Shown here piece by piece: positions 51,993-64,000 of a stretch of DNA of 64,000 nucleotides; position 1 is the first letter of the stretch, and every line of letters starts with the position of its first letter. The position numbers and the translations under genes are program-made. This DNA is from Octopus sinensis (Eukaryota), in contig NC_043016.1 of NCBI RefSeq assembly GCF_006345805.1, positions 27,528,001-27,592,000 of the forward strand. Reading direction: 5' to 3'. Below the pieces are notes generated by a model. It was not told where the DNA came from. It did no database searches and was given only the letters and a program-made list of their open reading frames with translations.

Positions 51993-52052
51993 TTCTACTG
52001 AAGAGGAAAAAATCTATTATGAGATTAATTCCGAAATTGATTCAATATAGAA
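51993..52052 (+). ncRNA. Type-I hammerhead ribozyme
   Basis: UUCUA CUGAAGA GGAA-[AAAAUCUAUUAUGAGAUUAA]-UUCC GAA AUUG-AUU-CAAU A UAGAA: all three stems and an intact core. Confidence 0.85.
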
Positions 52053-52203
52053 TTAACGAATTTTTTAAAAAAATTCTATTTCCTTGTTTTCAGCTCTACA
52101 TGTTTTCTGTAGTGAGTAAATAATATGTGGAAATTGACGATTTAAAAGTCTGTTATCAGCATATTGGCATAGAAATCATTTTCTTTAGCCCTTATTTATA
52201 AGT

Positions 52204-52299
<96 letters not shown>

Positions 52300-52504
52300 T
52301 GTGTGTGTGCGTGTATGTGTTTGTTCCCCCAACATCGCTTGACAACCTATGCTGGTGTGTTTACGTCCCCGTAACATAGCAGTTCAGCAAAAGAGACCAA
52401 TAGAATAAGTACTAGGCTTACAAAGAATAAGTCCTGGGATCAATTTGCTCGACTAAAGGCAGTGCTCCAGCATGGCCACAGTCAAATGACTGAAACAAGT
52501 AAAA

Positions 52505-53070
52505 GAGAATATCTGTATCAAATTTTGATACAAGTTAACAAGTCCAATAGAAATATTATTATGAAAATTAATTCCATGGTCTTTCAATAAAAAATATATA
52601 GCTGCTAACAGGTTTAAGAGATTTCACTCTTTATGACTTCACTCTCTCTATGTTTAATTTGGAAGCAGTTTTCTAGCCATCTGGGTGTATCTGGTTGAAA
52701 GTATTCCAAAATGTTTTCTGATAAGTGCTGGTAATGGATTTCAAAACATGACCATTTGCTATAGATTCTTAGTTTAAACAGAGTGCACATGAATGTCCCA
52801 CGAGCTATGTATTTTGTTTTTATTTATTGCTTTATTCATTCATGTCGTTCAGTTCTGGGTAGAAAGGACTGTTGCATTTTCTGAATTTGATATTTCTTAC
52901 GGGTTGTGAAAGGTTGGCCTCAAAGGGTTGTGAAAGCCTATTTATTGGTGGCCAGTTATTTGATTTAAAACCAAATTCGAAGCTATTTCTAGAATATTCT
53001 TCTTGTTTATCAAAGTAATAGGCTGCCACCTCAGTCTTTTAATAAAGTTGTTAGCCTTCTGTCTGAATTA
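52505..53070 (-). pseudogene. Penelope-like element ORF remnant (N-terminal to RT)
   Basis: FGFKSNNWPP...FEANL...NIKFR matches my recollection of the PLE ORF motif fGfks..pp....FE.dl...ni.Fr. Confidence 0.6.
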
Positions 53071-53087
53071 GGCAACACTAATATATA

Positions 53088-53137
<50 letters not shown>

Positions 53138-54069
53138 AAGAAAGAGATAGATCTATATATATATATACACACACATACATATATACATATATATGTATGT
53201 ATGTATGTGTAAATATATGAATATATATATATATATATATAAATGCGTGTACATGTGTATATACATATACTTATACATACATACATACATACATACATAC
53301 ATACATACATACGTATATACATACATACATACATACATACATACATACATACATACATACATACATACATACATACATGCATACACACATATATACATAC
53401 ATACTTACATACATGCATCCTACATACTTACATACATCATCATCATTTTCTTCCTTGAGGTGCAGAAGATATTAAAGCTATCTGACCTTTTGATTCACAC
53501 ATTAAATTGAAGTTTTCCCATAATTGATAGCAAGTCACCTGAAAAGTTCAACAAAGCCAATCTAATAAGAGACTCTAACAATACATTTGATCAATAAGGC
53601 AAGCAAAGTTCAGATGGAAAGCCACATTTATGAACTGAGAATAGTTAAATATATTAAAACTGACAAAAATAGTGTATCTATCAAACATTGCGGTATTTGT
53701 ATGTGCATATGAGAATCTATCAAATAAGTTTGTATGTGGTGGTTATGTGTGACTATGCATAGATAAAAATGCTACACCATGACACCAAATCAATGAATTT
53801 TACCAAGTTCAGTACCCATCTGCCAAACCAACTAAATTAGAAGAGAATTCTGAACATCACAAGAATCAAAGCCAAAAGAATCTGTTAGGTGAAAGAAAGA
53901 TTAAGAAATTCAAATGGAGAAAAGAAAAATCATTCAAATATTTTAATAATATTCTATTAATAATAACACCCTTGCATACTTTCTAAAGCAAAATTTCACT
54001 ATTGCTAAAGAAGAGTGGTAATGGTTTACAAATTTATATTTAGATTAAGGAAAGAGATGCATGTTTCAG

Positions 54070-54385
54070 TGTGTAATGAGAAGTTTACTTCCTAACAGCA
54101 TGGTTTCAGGTTCAGTCCCACTGCATGGCACCTTGGGTGTGTGTCTTCTACTATAGTCTTGGACTGGCCAAACCTTTGTGAATGGATCTGGTAAACAAAA
54201 ACTGAAAGAAGCCTGTTGTGAATGTGTTCATATGTGTGTGTGTGTGTGTGCATTGTTGTTGTCTTGCCTTGACATCACATGATAGTTGCTAATGAGTGAC
54301 ACCATCATGCAAGTTGTATCCTTCATTTCCAGTCTTTCATGAAAACATGCCAGGCCATACGGTAATATTACTTTATTTGGAAATA
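54070..54385 (+). mobile_element. SINE with an A head and an alternative 3' body
   Basis: Head A, (TG)n, then a body also seen at ~8670, 36200 and 48920. Confidence 0.7.
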
Positions 54386-54387
54386 AA

Positions 54388-55500
54388 TTCACTACCCACA
54401 AGAGACCACTGTTTCACTACCCTTTTCTACATCATCATTGTTTAAGTACTCACACTACACCACCACTGTTTAACTACCTGCACTGGACTACCATTGGTTT
54501 ACCACCCACATTATTCCACTCCTTCACTTTCCTAACTATATGCCTGTTTCACTAGTGACACTACATCACTGTTTCAGTACCCACACTCCATTGTTTCCCT
54601 ACATACACTGCACCACCACTTCACACTACAGCACCACTGTTTCACTAACCACTCTACAAAACCACTTTTTCGCTATTCCCACTACACCATCATGTTTCAT
54701 TACCCACACTACACAACCACTGTTTTCACTACCCACACTAGACCACCATTGATTTACCACCCACATTACACCACTGCTTCACTTCCCAAACTATACTCCT
54801 GTCTAACTAGCGACACTACACCATTGTTTCAGTACCCACACTACAACTCCCTTGTTTCACTACCACCAATACACTACCACTGTTTTACTCCCCATGTTGC
54901 ACCAACACTGTTTCATTACCCACATAACATTGGCACTGTTTCACTACCTACACTACACAACTGATTCAATACCTGCAATAACGAATGTTCTGCTACCTAC
55001 ATTACACCAACATGGTCTGTGTAGATACAGTACACAAATAGACCAATACCCACAATACCACAGTTTCACAACCCAAACCACACCACCAGTACTACACACA
55101 TTACACCTGCATTTATTACTACCCTACTGCAGCACTGTTTCACTACCTACACTACAGCAGCATTGTTTCAATACCCACAGTACACCACTACTGTTTCATT
55201 AGCAAAAATACACCACCACTGTTTCACTACCGACACTACACAAACCACATTTTCATTACTAACACTGCATCAGCACTGCTTCACTATCCATATTACAGCC
55301 TGTATCGATACCTACAATATCCCATTGTTTCACCACCCTACTTACACCACCACTGATTCACAACCAACACTGCATGACCACTGTTTCACAACATTGTTCC
55401 ACTATCCTCACTACCCCACCACTTTTTTGCTACCCACACTACAATACACTATTCTTTCTGTATTCACACTACACAACTGTGCCATTACCCACACTACATC
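54388..55500. repeat. Degenerate ~28 bp CAC/ACT-rich minisatellite
   Basis: Recurrent CACTGTTTCACTACCCACACTACAC. Confidence 0.8.
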
Positions 55501-55769
55501 ACAGTTCTGTGTTGCCAATCAAATAGAAAAGTAGCATATCTTTTTCTAAAGATATCTTCAAATCCTTTCGAAGGAAATTTTAGAAGAAACTGTCCTACAA
55601 GAGATAGGATGAACTTCAGGATGGGTAATGAAATAGTTAATTTATTTTCATGCTTTTGTTGTTAATGTGGCCTATGTAATTACAACAATAATGAAGAGAA
55701 GAACAATAGAGATCACTTGAGCAAAAGATAACAGTTGCATCTCTATGAATGCTCTCCTCTTCATTATTG

Positions 55770-56605
55770 CTTTAATGTTCACTTCTCTCTGCTTGCACAG
55801 GTCAGACAGAATCTGTGGAAGCAGATTTTCTGTATTCTGATGCCCTTCCTGTTGTTAACCCTCAATTGTTCTACAGTTGGATGCCCTTCGTAAAACCAAC
55901 CACTCCAAGAGTGTGGTAGGTGCCTTTTACATGTCACTGGCACAGAAGCCAGTCAGGTAGGCATGGCATCGATCACTTTCGTATAATCCTTTTTACATAC
56001 CACCGGCACGGGAGCCAGTCAGGCAGACCTGGCATCAACCATGTTTGGATGGTGCTTTTTACATGCCACTGGCACAGGAGCCAGTCAGGAGTCACTGGCA
56101 TTGACCACGTTCAGATGGTGCTTTTATGTGCCACTGGCATGGGAGCCAGTCAGGCAGACCTGGCATTGACCACGTTTGGATGGTGCTTTTTATGTGCCAC
56201 TGGCATGGGAGCCAGTCAGGGGGCACTGGCATCAACCATGTTCGGATGGTGCATTTTACATGTAACTGGCACAGGAGCTAGTCATGGGGCACTGGCACAG
56301 CTGTGATTTTGGTTTTACTTGACCCGACAGGTCTTCTCAAGCATATCATATAACCCAATGCATTGGGGGTACTCTTAAATGGGCCGGACATGCAACACTG
56401 GCATCAGCCATGGCTGCAATCTCACTTTAGTTGCTGGATCTTCTCAATCACAGCATATCTCCAAAGGTCTCAGTCTCCTGTAATTACCTCTGTGAGGCCC
56501 AACGTTCGAAGGTCATGCATTACCACCTCATCCCAAGTCTTCCTGGGTCTACTTCTTCTACAGGTTCCTTCCACAATTAGGGTGTGGCACTTCCTCACAC
56601 AGTTG
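55770..56605 (-). mobile_element. RTE 3' end with a diverged ~66 bp array
   Basis: ORF end (TWDEVV), ~6 array units and 3' module. Confidence 0.8.
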
Positions 56606-56739
56606 CATTGCAGAACTCCAGGAGCCTAGTTCCCTCTTCATTTCTAGTACCAATTCTATGGCCGCCATGTACACCGTGGAAGTTACCAGATTGCTTTCCA
56701 ACATGCCCATTAAAATCTCCAGCCAAAAACACACATAAA

Positions 56740-57438
56740 CATCATCATCATCATTTAATGTCCGTTTTCCGCGCTAGCACGGGTTGGACGGTTCGACCGA
56801 GGTCTGGGAAGCCAGGGGCTGCACCAAGCTCCAGTCTGATCTGGCAGAGTTTCTACAGCTGGATGCCCTTCCTAACACCAACCACTCCGCGAGTGTAGTG
56901 GGTGCTTTTTATGTGCCACCGGCACAGAAGCCAGTCGGGGCAGCACTGGCATCGGCCACATTCGGATGGTGCTTTTTATGTGCCACCGGCACAGAAGCCA
57001 GTCGAGGCGGTGCTGGCAACAGCCACGTTCGGATGGTGCTTTTTATGTGCCACCGGCACAGAAGCCAGTCGGGGCAGCACTGGCATCGGCCACATTCGGA
57101 TGGTGCTTTTTATGTGCCACCGGCACAGAAGCCAGTCGAGGCGGTGCTGGCAACAGCCACGTTCGGATGGTGCTTTTTATGTGCCACCGGCACAGGCATC
57201 ACAACTACTATTTCCATTGATATTTATTTCGATGTTCATGTTCATGTTCATGTACTTGACTCAACAGGTCTCCTCAAGCACAGCGGGACGTTCTTGAATC
57301 CAGGGTACTTTGAATGGGCAGGGGTTATGCGGAGCTGGTGCAGGAAGCAGCCCGGGTCTTTGCAGTCACAGCATATCTCCAGAGATCTCGGTCCTTCGCC
57401 ATTGCCTCAGTGAAGCCCAACGCTCTGAGGTCATGCTT

Positions 57439-57441
<3 letters not shown>
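56740..57441 (-). mobile_element. RTE 3' end with a 67 bp ABAB array
   Basis: GGTGCTTTTT at 56901, 56968, 57035, 57102 and 57169. Confidence 0.85.
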
Positions 57442-57484
<43 letters not shown>

Positions 57485-57701
57485 TATATATATATATGAG
57501 AAAACCTTCTTTTTCCTGTCGAGGGCTTCTATGTCGTGTTAGACTATTTTCCTTAGTCATTGCACAGTGAATGGCATAAGCTTTAAGCTTATATAAAAAT
57601 ACCATTATTATTATTTACAGGATTGCAAAATACGGCATCATATAATAAAGCCATTCACACCGAAAGCATATGTATACTATATATATATATATATATATAC
57701 A

Positions 57702-58210
57702 CTAGCAGTATCGCCCGGCGTTGCTCGGGTTTGTAAGGGAAATAACTATATAAGCATTTTAGAGATTTACTTCCCTTATAGATGCCAATTCGAGCTCTCT
57801 TAGCCATTTCTGTTTTGGTGTTTTCAAGCCATGAAGTCGTTGTTCTAAAAGAACGCTGGTCTCCTTGACAACGCTTTACGACGTTGATTTCCTTACACTC
57901 CCTTCCCCACAGCTTCACGAGGGAGGGAGGAGGGGGAGAAGCAAACAGGTGCAGGTGTGACCATTGACGCCAACTCCGCCGCCATCGACACACGAAAAAT
58001 TGTGCATTAAAATGGAATAAAAAATGATGTTAAATTATTTTTAAAATCGTAGACTCATCGTAGACACGTGCTAATACTCAGACGGGCTCGATATGAATCA
58101 CGACTATAAGATACCCGAATTTGGTTAAACTGCACCGAAAAGTGTGGGAATAGTTAGGAATCTAAATCGAAGGGGACAGACACTCACACAACTACAGTTT
58201 TACATATATA
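57702..58210 (-). mobile_element. Helitron-like element, shorter copy of 22877-23513
   Basis: Same termini and CCCGGCGTTGCTCGGG hairpin. Confidence 0.75.
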
Positions 58211-58216
58211 TATATA

Positions 58217-59081
58217 TCATCATCATCATCATCATCGTTTAACGTCCGCTTTCCGCGCTAGCACGGGTTGGACGGTTCGACCGGGTCTGGGAAGCCAGGG
58301 GCCGCTCCAGGCTCCAGTCTGAATCTGGCAGAGTTTCTACGGCTGGATGCCCTTCCTAACGCCAACCACTCCGTGAGTGGATTGGGTGCTTTTTACGTGC
58401 CACCTGCACAGGGGCCGGAGGGTCCGGCATCGTCACGATCGGTTCGAGCATTTTAACGTGTCAGCGGCACGGGGGGCAACGAGGTCCGGGGTACTTTGGG
58501 GATCGGGGTACTTTGGGGATCCAGGGTACTTTGGGGATCCGGGTACTTAGAATGGGTAGGGGGTATGTGGAATTGCTGCAGAAGCAGCCCGGGTCTTTGT
58601 AGTCACAGCATATCTCCAGAGATCTCGTCCTTCGCCATTGCCTCAGTGAGGCCCAATGCTCTGAGGTCATGCTTGACCACCTCATCCCATGTCTTCCTGG
58701 GTCTACCTCTCGCCCTGATACCTTCAACTGTTTGGGAGTGGCACTTCTTCACACATCTCTCTTCATCCATCCGCAGCACATGACCATACCATCGCAAGCG
58801 TCGCTCTTGCACACCACATCTGATGCTTCTTATATCCAGCATTTCTCTCAGGATACTTACACTCTGTTTTGCGTGCACACTGACACTACACATCCAGCGG
58901 ATCATGCTAGCTTCATTTCTTTCAAGTCTACGCATGTCTTCTGCAGTCACAGCCCATGTTTCATTACCGTGAAGCATGGCAGTTCGCACACATGCATCAT
59001 ACAATCTACCTTTTGCTCTGAGGGAGAGACCTTTTGTTGCCAGTAGGGGTAGGAGCTTTCTGAACTTTGCCCAGGCTATCC
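58217..59081 (-). mobile_element. Young RTE 3' fragment
   Basis: ORF 58603-59004 (LRWYGHVLRM...GRPRKTW), short GGGTACTTTGGGGATC tandem, (GAT)n tail. Confidence 0.88.
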
Positions 59082-59862
59082 GTTAGCAGTGGACATTCGT
59101 TATCGTCACTGAGTAACGTAATTAGGTAGAGGAAAGAAATACAGATATTCTAGAGTTGAGTTGGGGAGGGGGGTCCAGTTGAGGCGGGTAGTATAGGGGA
59201 GCAACCAGTGGGGAAGGTTGGGGTAAGGAGGAACGATGGCAGGAAGGATTGGTGTAGGTTCGTAAGAAATAAAAAACGTAGGATATTACGAGGCGGGAGG
59301 GTACTAAAAGGGGATGGTCGGATTGAGGCAGTGTCAGGAGGAAGCAAAGATCGGTGGGCAGTTGATGAGCTATGGCGCTAGCAGCTTGTCTTTTCACAGT
59401 GAAAGCATATGAGGAGAAGGGGTAGTGGGGGGAGGAGGAGGGAAGTGTTCACCGGTATTGGTGGTGGGGGTGAGAACAGTGTTCATCGGTATTGGTGTTC
59501 ATCGGTATTGGTGGTGGGGGTGGGGGGCGGGCGCACCGCCAATGGCGGAAAGATGGGAAAAGATAGGATTACGGCTTGAGGTAGCCTAAGGTTAAATTTC
59601 GTAGAGAGAGAGATAGGAAAGATAAATCAAGTTATGGCGAAGGCTTGAAAGTAGCCTAAAAGGTTAAATTTTCGTAGCGAATGAGATGGGTAAGACGAAT
59701 CAAGTTATCAATGTATGAATAAACGTAGTAACAACGAATAAAAATAGTAAGATAAAATTTTAAGAACTTGCTGCGGGCATCGACCGGGAGTTGAAATTGA
59801 AGAAGAAAGTAAGTTGAATGGGAATTAAATTGCAGAATCGTAATGGTAATGGCGATTTTCAA

Positions 59863-61320
<1,458 letters not shown>

Positions 61321-61324
61321 AGCG

Positions 61325-62652
61325 TACCTGTACATGGCTTGCATAGCTCTCACTAACCATTCATTTATCCCTAGTTTCCTCATTGACCACCAGATAAGGG
61401 GTCAGGGGACCCTGTCAAAGGTTTTCTCCATGTCAACAAAAGCCAGGTTCTGAGGTTTATCTTTGGCTAGGTATTTCTCCTGCAGCTGTCTTATCAGAAA
61501 TATAGCATTCTTGGTGCTTTTCCCTGGTACAAACCCAAACTGCATCTCATCTAAACTGACTCTCTCCCAAATTAGTTAAGCTATGAACCTCTCCGTGAAC
61601 TTCATTACCTGATCCAACAACTTGATACTTCTGTAATTATTTGTATCTAAAGCGTCACCTTTACCTTTGTAGCAGTTGACTATGGTGCTGCTACACCAGT
61701 CATTGGGTATAACTCTTTCGTGTATCACCTGGTTAACTATATGGGTGACTAGACTATAGCCAACACCACCAGATATTTTGAGCATCTCTGCAGTAATTCC
61801 AGATGGACCAGGGGATTTCCCTGTCTTCATACTCTTAATTGCTTTATCTACCAAGGTACTGTCAACTCGGATAGCTGGTTCCTCTGTTGGGTCGACATTC
61901 GGTAGACTCTCTTTCTCCCATTCATTTTCTTTATTCAGCAACATTTCATAGTGGCATCTCCAAACCTCTCTCTTTACAGCCTCATTTAGTGCAAGAGAAC
62001 CATCATCCATGCGGACACATTTCTCCCCTACAACATCACGATTCTCTCTCACACACTGTCTTGCAACATGAAATACCTCAAGTCTTTGATCCTCACGGTG
62101 CAGAACATTGGCAAATTTTTTCTTATCTGCTTCCCCTCTGGCTAAATAAACTTGCCTCCTGGCTTCCTTTCTGGCAGTCTGATACAATTCCCTGCTACTA
62201 CTGTTCTTCCAGTCCTTCCAAGCCTGTTTCTTTTCTCTAATAGCCCTATCAACATTGTTCCACCACCACATTATTTTGGGTCGAGAGGAGACTTTGCACC
62301 ATCCACAGATCTGGTCAGTGGCCCTCAGCAGGTTGTCCCATAGAAACCTCCAGTTGTCTTCTACATCGTGTGAAGCTATATCCCCTTCTATTTCATCAAA
62401 GGCTTCGAGTAATATGTCTCTAAATCTCTGTCCATTTGCAGGATCTTCCAGAACCTTCTCCTCCATGCTGGTCGTCTTCTGGGCATCCACTTAGCCCTGA
62501 TCCTGAAGTCACTAACTACCAGTCTATGTTGTGGGGTACATTCTTCGCCTGGGAAAGTTTTGGCATTTATAAGCCATCTTTCCCTTTTTCAGTGAGGATG
62601 TAGTCAATTTGACTAGTGTGTCTGCCAGAACGGTAGTGACTAGGTGACTGGC
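61325..62652 (-). pseudogene. RTE ORF internal fragment
   Basis: WWWNN...GKSPGPSGITAEM...NYRSIKLL; overlaps the 31172-31516 sequence. Confidence 0.88.
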
Positions 62653-62683
62653 AAATAATAATAATAATAATAATAATAATAAT

Positions 62684-63607
62684 CCTTTATACTATAGGCA
62701 CAAGGTGCCAGATATTTTGATTTACATTAAATTTTGGGTGAGGGAACTTGTTGACTATATTGACCCCAGTGTTTCACTGGTACTTAATTTATCAATCCTG
62801 CAAGAATGGATAGCCAAAGTTAACCCTGGCAAAATTTGAACCCAGAATGTAAGGACAGATGCATTTTACCCAGCATGCTAATGATTCTGCCAACTCACCG
62901 CCTTTTGTTTTTCAATAATAATGATAATAATCTTTTCTGAAATAGGCACAAGGTCTGAAATTTGGGGGAGGATGCTAGTTGATTACATTGGTATCAAATT
63001 TTGGCATGTGGCTGGCAATTTTTGTGGAGAGGGTAAATTGATTACATTGACTGGCAGAAGTGTTAGCACATTGGGCGAAATGCTTAGCGGTATTTCATCT
63101 GCCATTATGCTCAGAGTTCAAATTCCGCCGAGGTCAACTTTGCCTTTCATCCTTTCGGGGTTGATCAAATAAGTACCAGTTACGCACTGGGGTCGATATA
63201 ATTGACTTAATCCATTTGTCTGTCCTTGATTGTCCTCTCTGTGTTTAGCCCTTGTGGGTAGTAAAAGAAATAGGTACTTATTTTATCAACCCCAAGAGGA
63301 TGACAAACAAAGCTGACCTCAGTAGCATTTAAAGATAGATGAAATGTTGCTAAGCATTAAGGCAGCTTTCTGCCTTAATGAAAATGATAATAACTGTTTG
63401 AAATTCTGGCACAAGGCCAGTAATTTCAGAGGCAGGGGGAAGTCAATTACATTGACTCCAGTGTCCAACTGGTACTTATTTTATTGACCCTAAAAGGATG
63501 AAAGGCAAAACTGACCTTGGCAGAATTTGAACTCAGAACACAAAGACAGATAAAATGCCACTAAGCATTTAGCTTAGTGTGCTGACAATTCTGCCAACTT
63601 GCCGTCT
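62684..63607. mobile_element. Cluster of nested SINE B copies, both strands
   Basis: Copies at ~62684-62900(-), 63052-63270(+), 63272-63360(-) and 63405-63607(-). Confidence 0.75.
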
Positions 63608-64000
63608 TAATGTAAAGGATAATAATAACAGTTGTTTATTAATAATGTGCAGACACTTTTGATATCTTGGGTGGTACCAATAGTTTACGAGAATGATATT
63701 TTTAAATAAAGTCAATTTGGTGAGAAAAGAAATACTCCATATTACTTAGAATGAATCAGCTACTGATACAGTAGCATTAGTATCAGCCATTTTACACTAC
63801 TATGTTGATTTACATTGAAATTAATTAGTTAGTTCATTAACATTCTCAGAATGTAATGGAATATAAATGTCATCTTGACCTTAAGTCTATGTGTGTTCAC
63901 GAGTGTTGGTGCTTAGCTTTGTTTCCATAGCAACAGAGCAGATGCAAGACAAACCTCACCCTGGATAAGACACTAGTCTATTTTGGGTAACATTTCTAAA

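Larger units (their letters stand above)
51238..52205. mobile_element. Non-coding Penelope/retrozyme-like element with inverted and direct repeats
   Basis: Inverted arms ~51238-51472/51563-51800; direct repeat 51563-51705/52071-52205; two hammerhead copies; (TA)n flanks. Confidence 0.8.
49874..52510 (+). mobile_element. SINE A split by two insertions in its internal microsatellite
   Basis: Head 49874-50035, 3' half 52315-52510. Confidence 0.7.

Noticed and set aside
63955-64000. 36 nt minus-strand exon candidate
   Set aside because: At the window edge, so the acceptor context cannot be evaluated.

Overview
AT-rich animal genomic DNA saturated with microsatellites and transposons. The SINE repertoire and (TA/CA/CATA)n density suggest an octopus or other coleoid cephalopod (inference). 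No host protein-coding gene can be supported, and most ORF-track entries are translated microsatellites. The window contains: (1) many tRNA-derived SINEs; (2) about a dozen RTE-clade LINE pieces, mostly on the minus strand, whose 3' UTRs carry variable 61-67 bp double-hairpin arrays; (3) one nearly intact 4.0 kb CR1/L2-group LINE with a TSD, overlapping ORF1/ORF2 and a single in-frame TAG; (4) R4/Dong and L1/Tx1 remnants; (5) mariner, maT/Tc1-like, TTAA-MITE and Helitron-like DNA elements with extensive nesting; (6) an intron-containing tRNA-Tyr-like pseudogene. The most notable signal is a set of minimal type-I hammerhead ribozyme motifs in short Penelope-like termini, mostly embedded in (TA)n and often at the centre of fold-back palindromes. 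One is a ~510 bp retrozyme-like unit at 51.2-52.2 kb. Coordinates of degraded elements are approximate.
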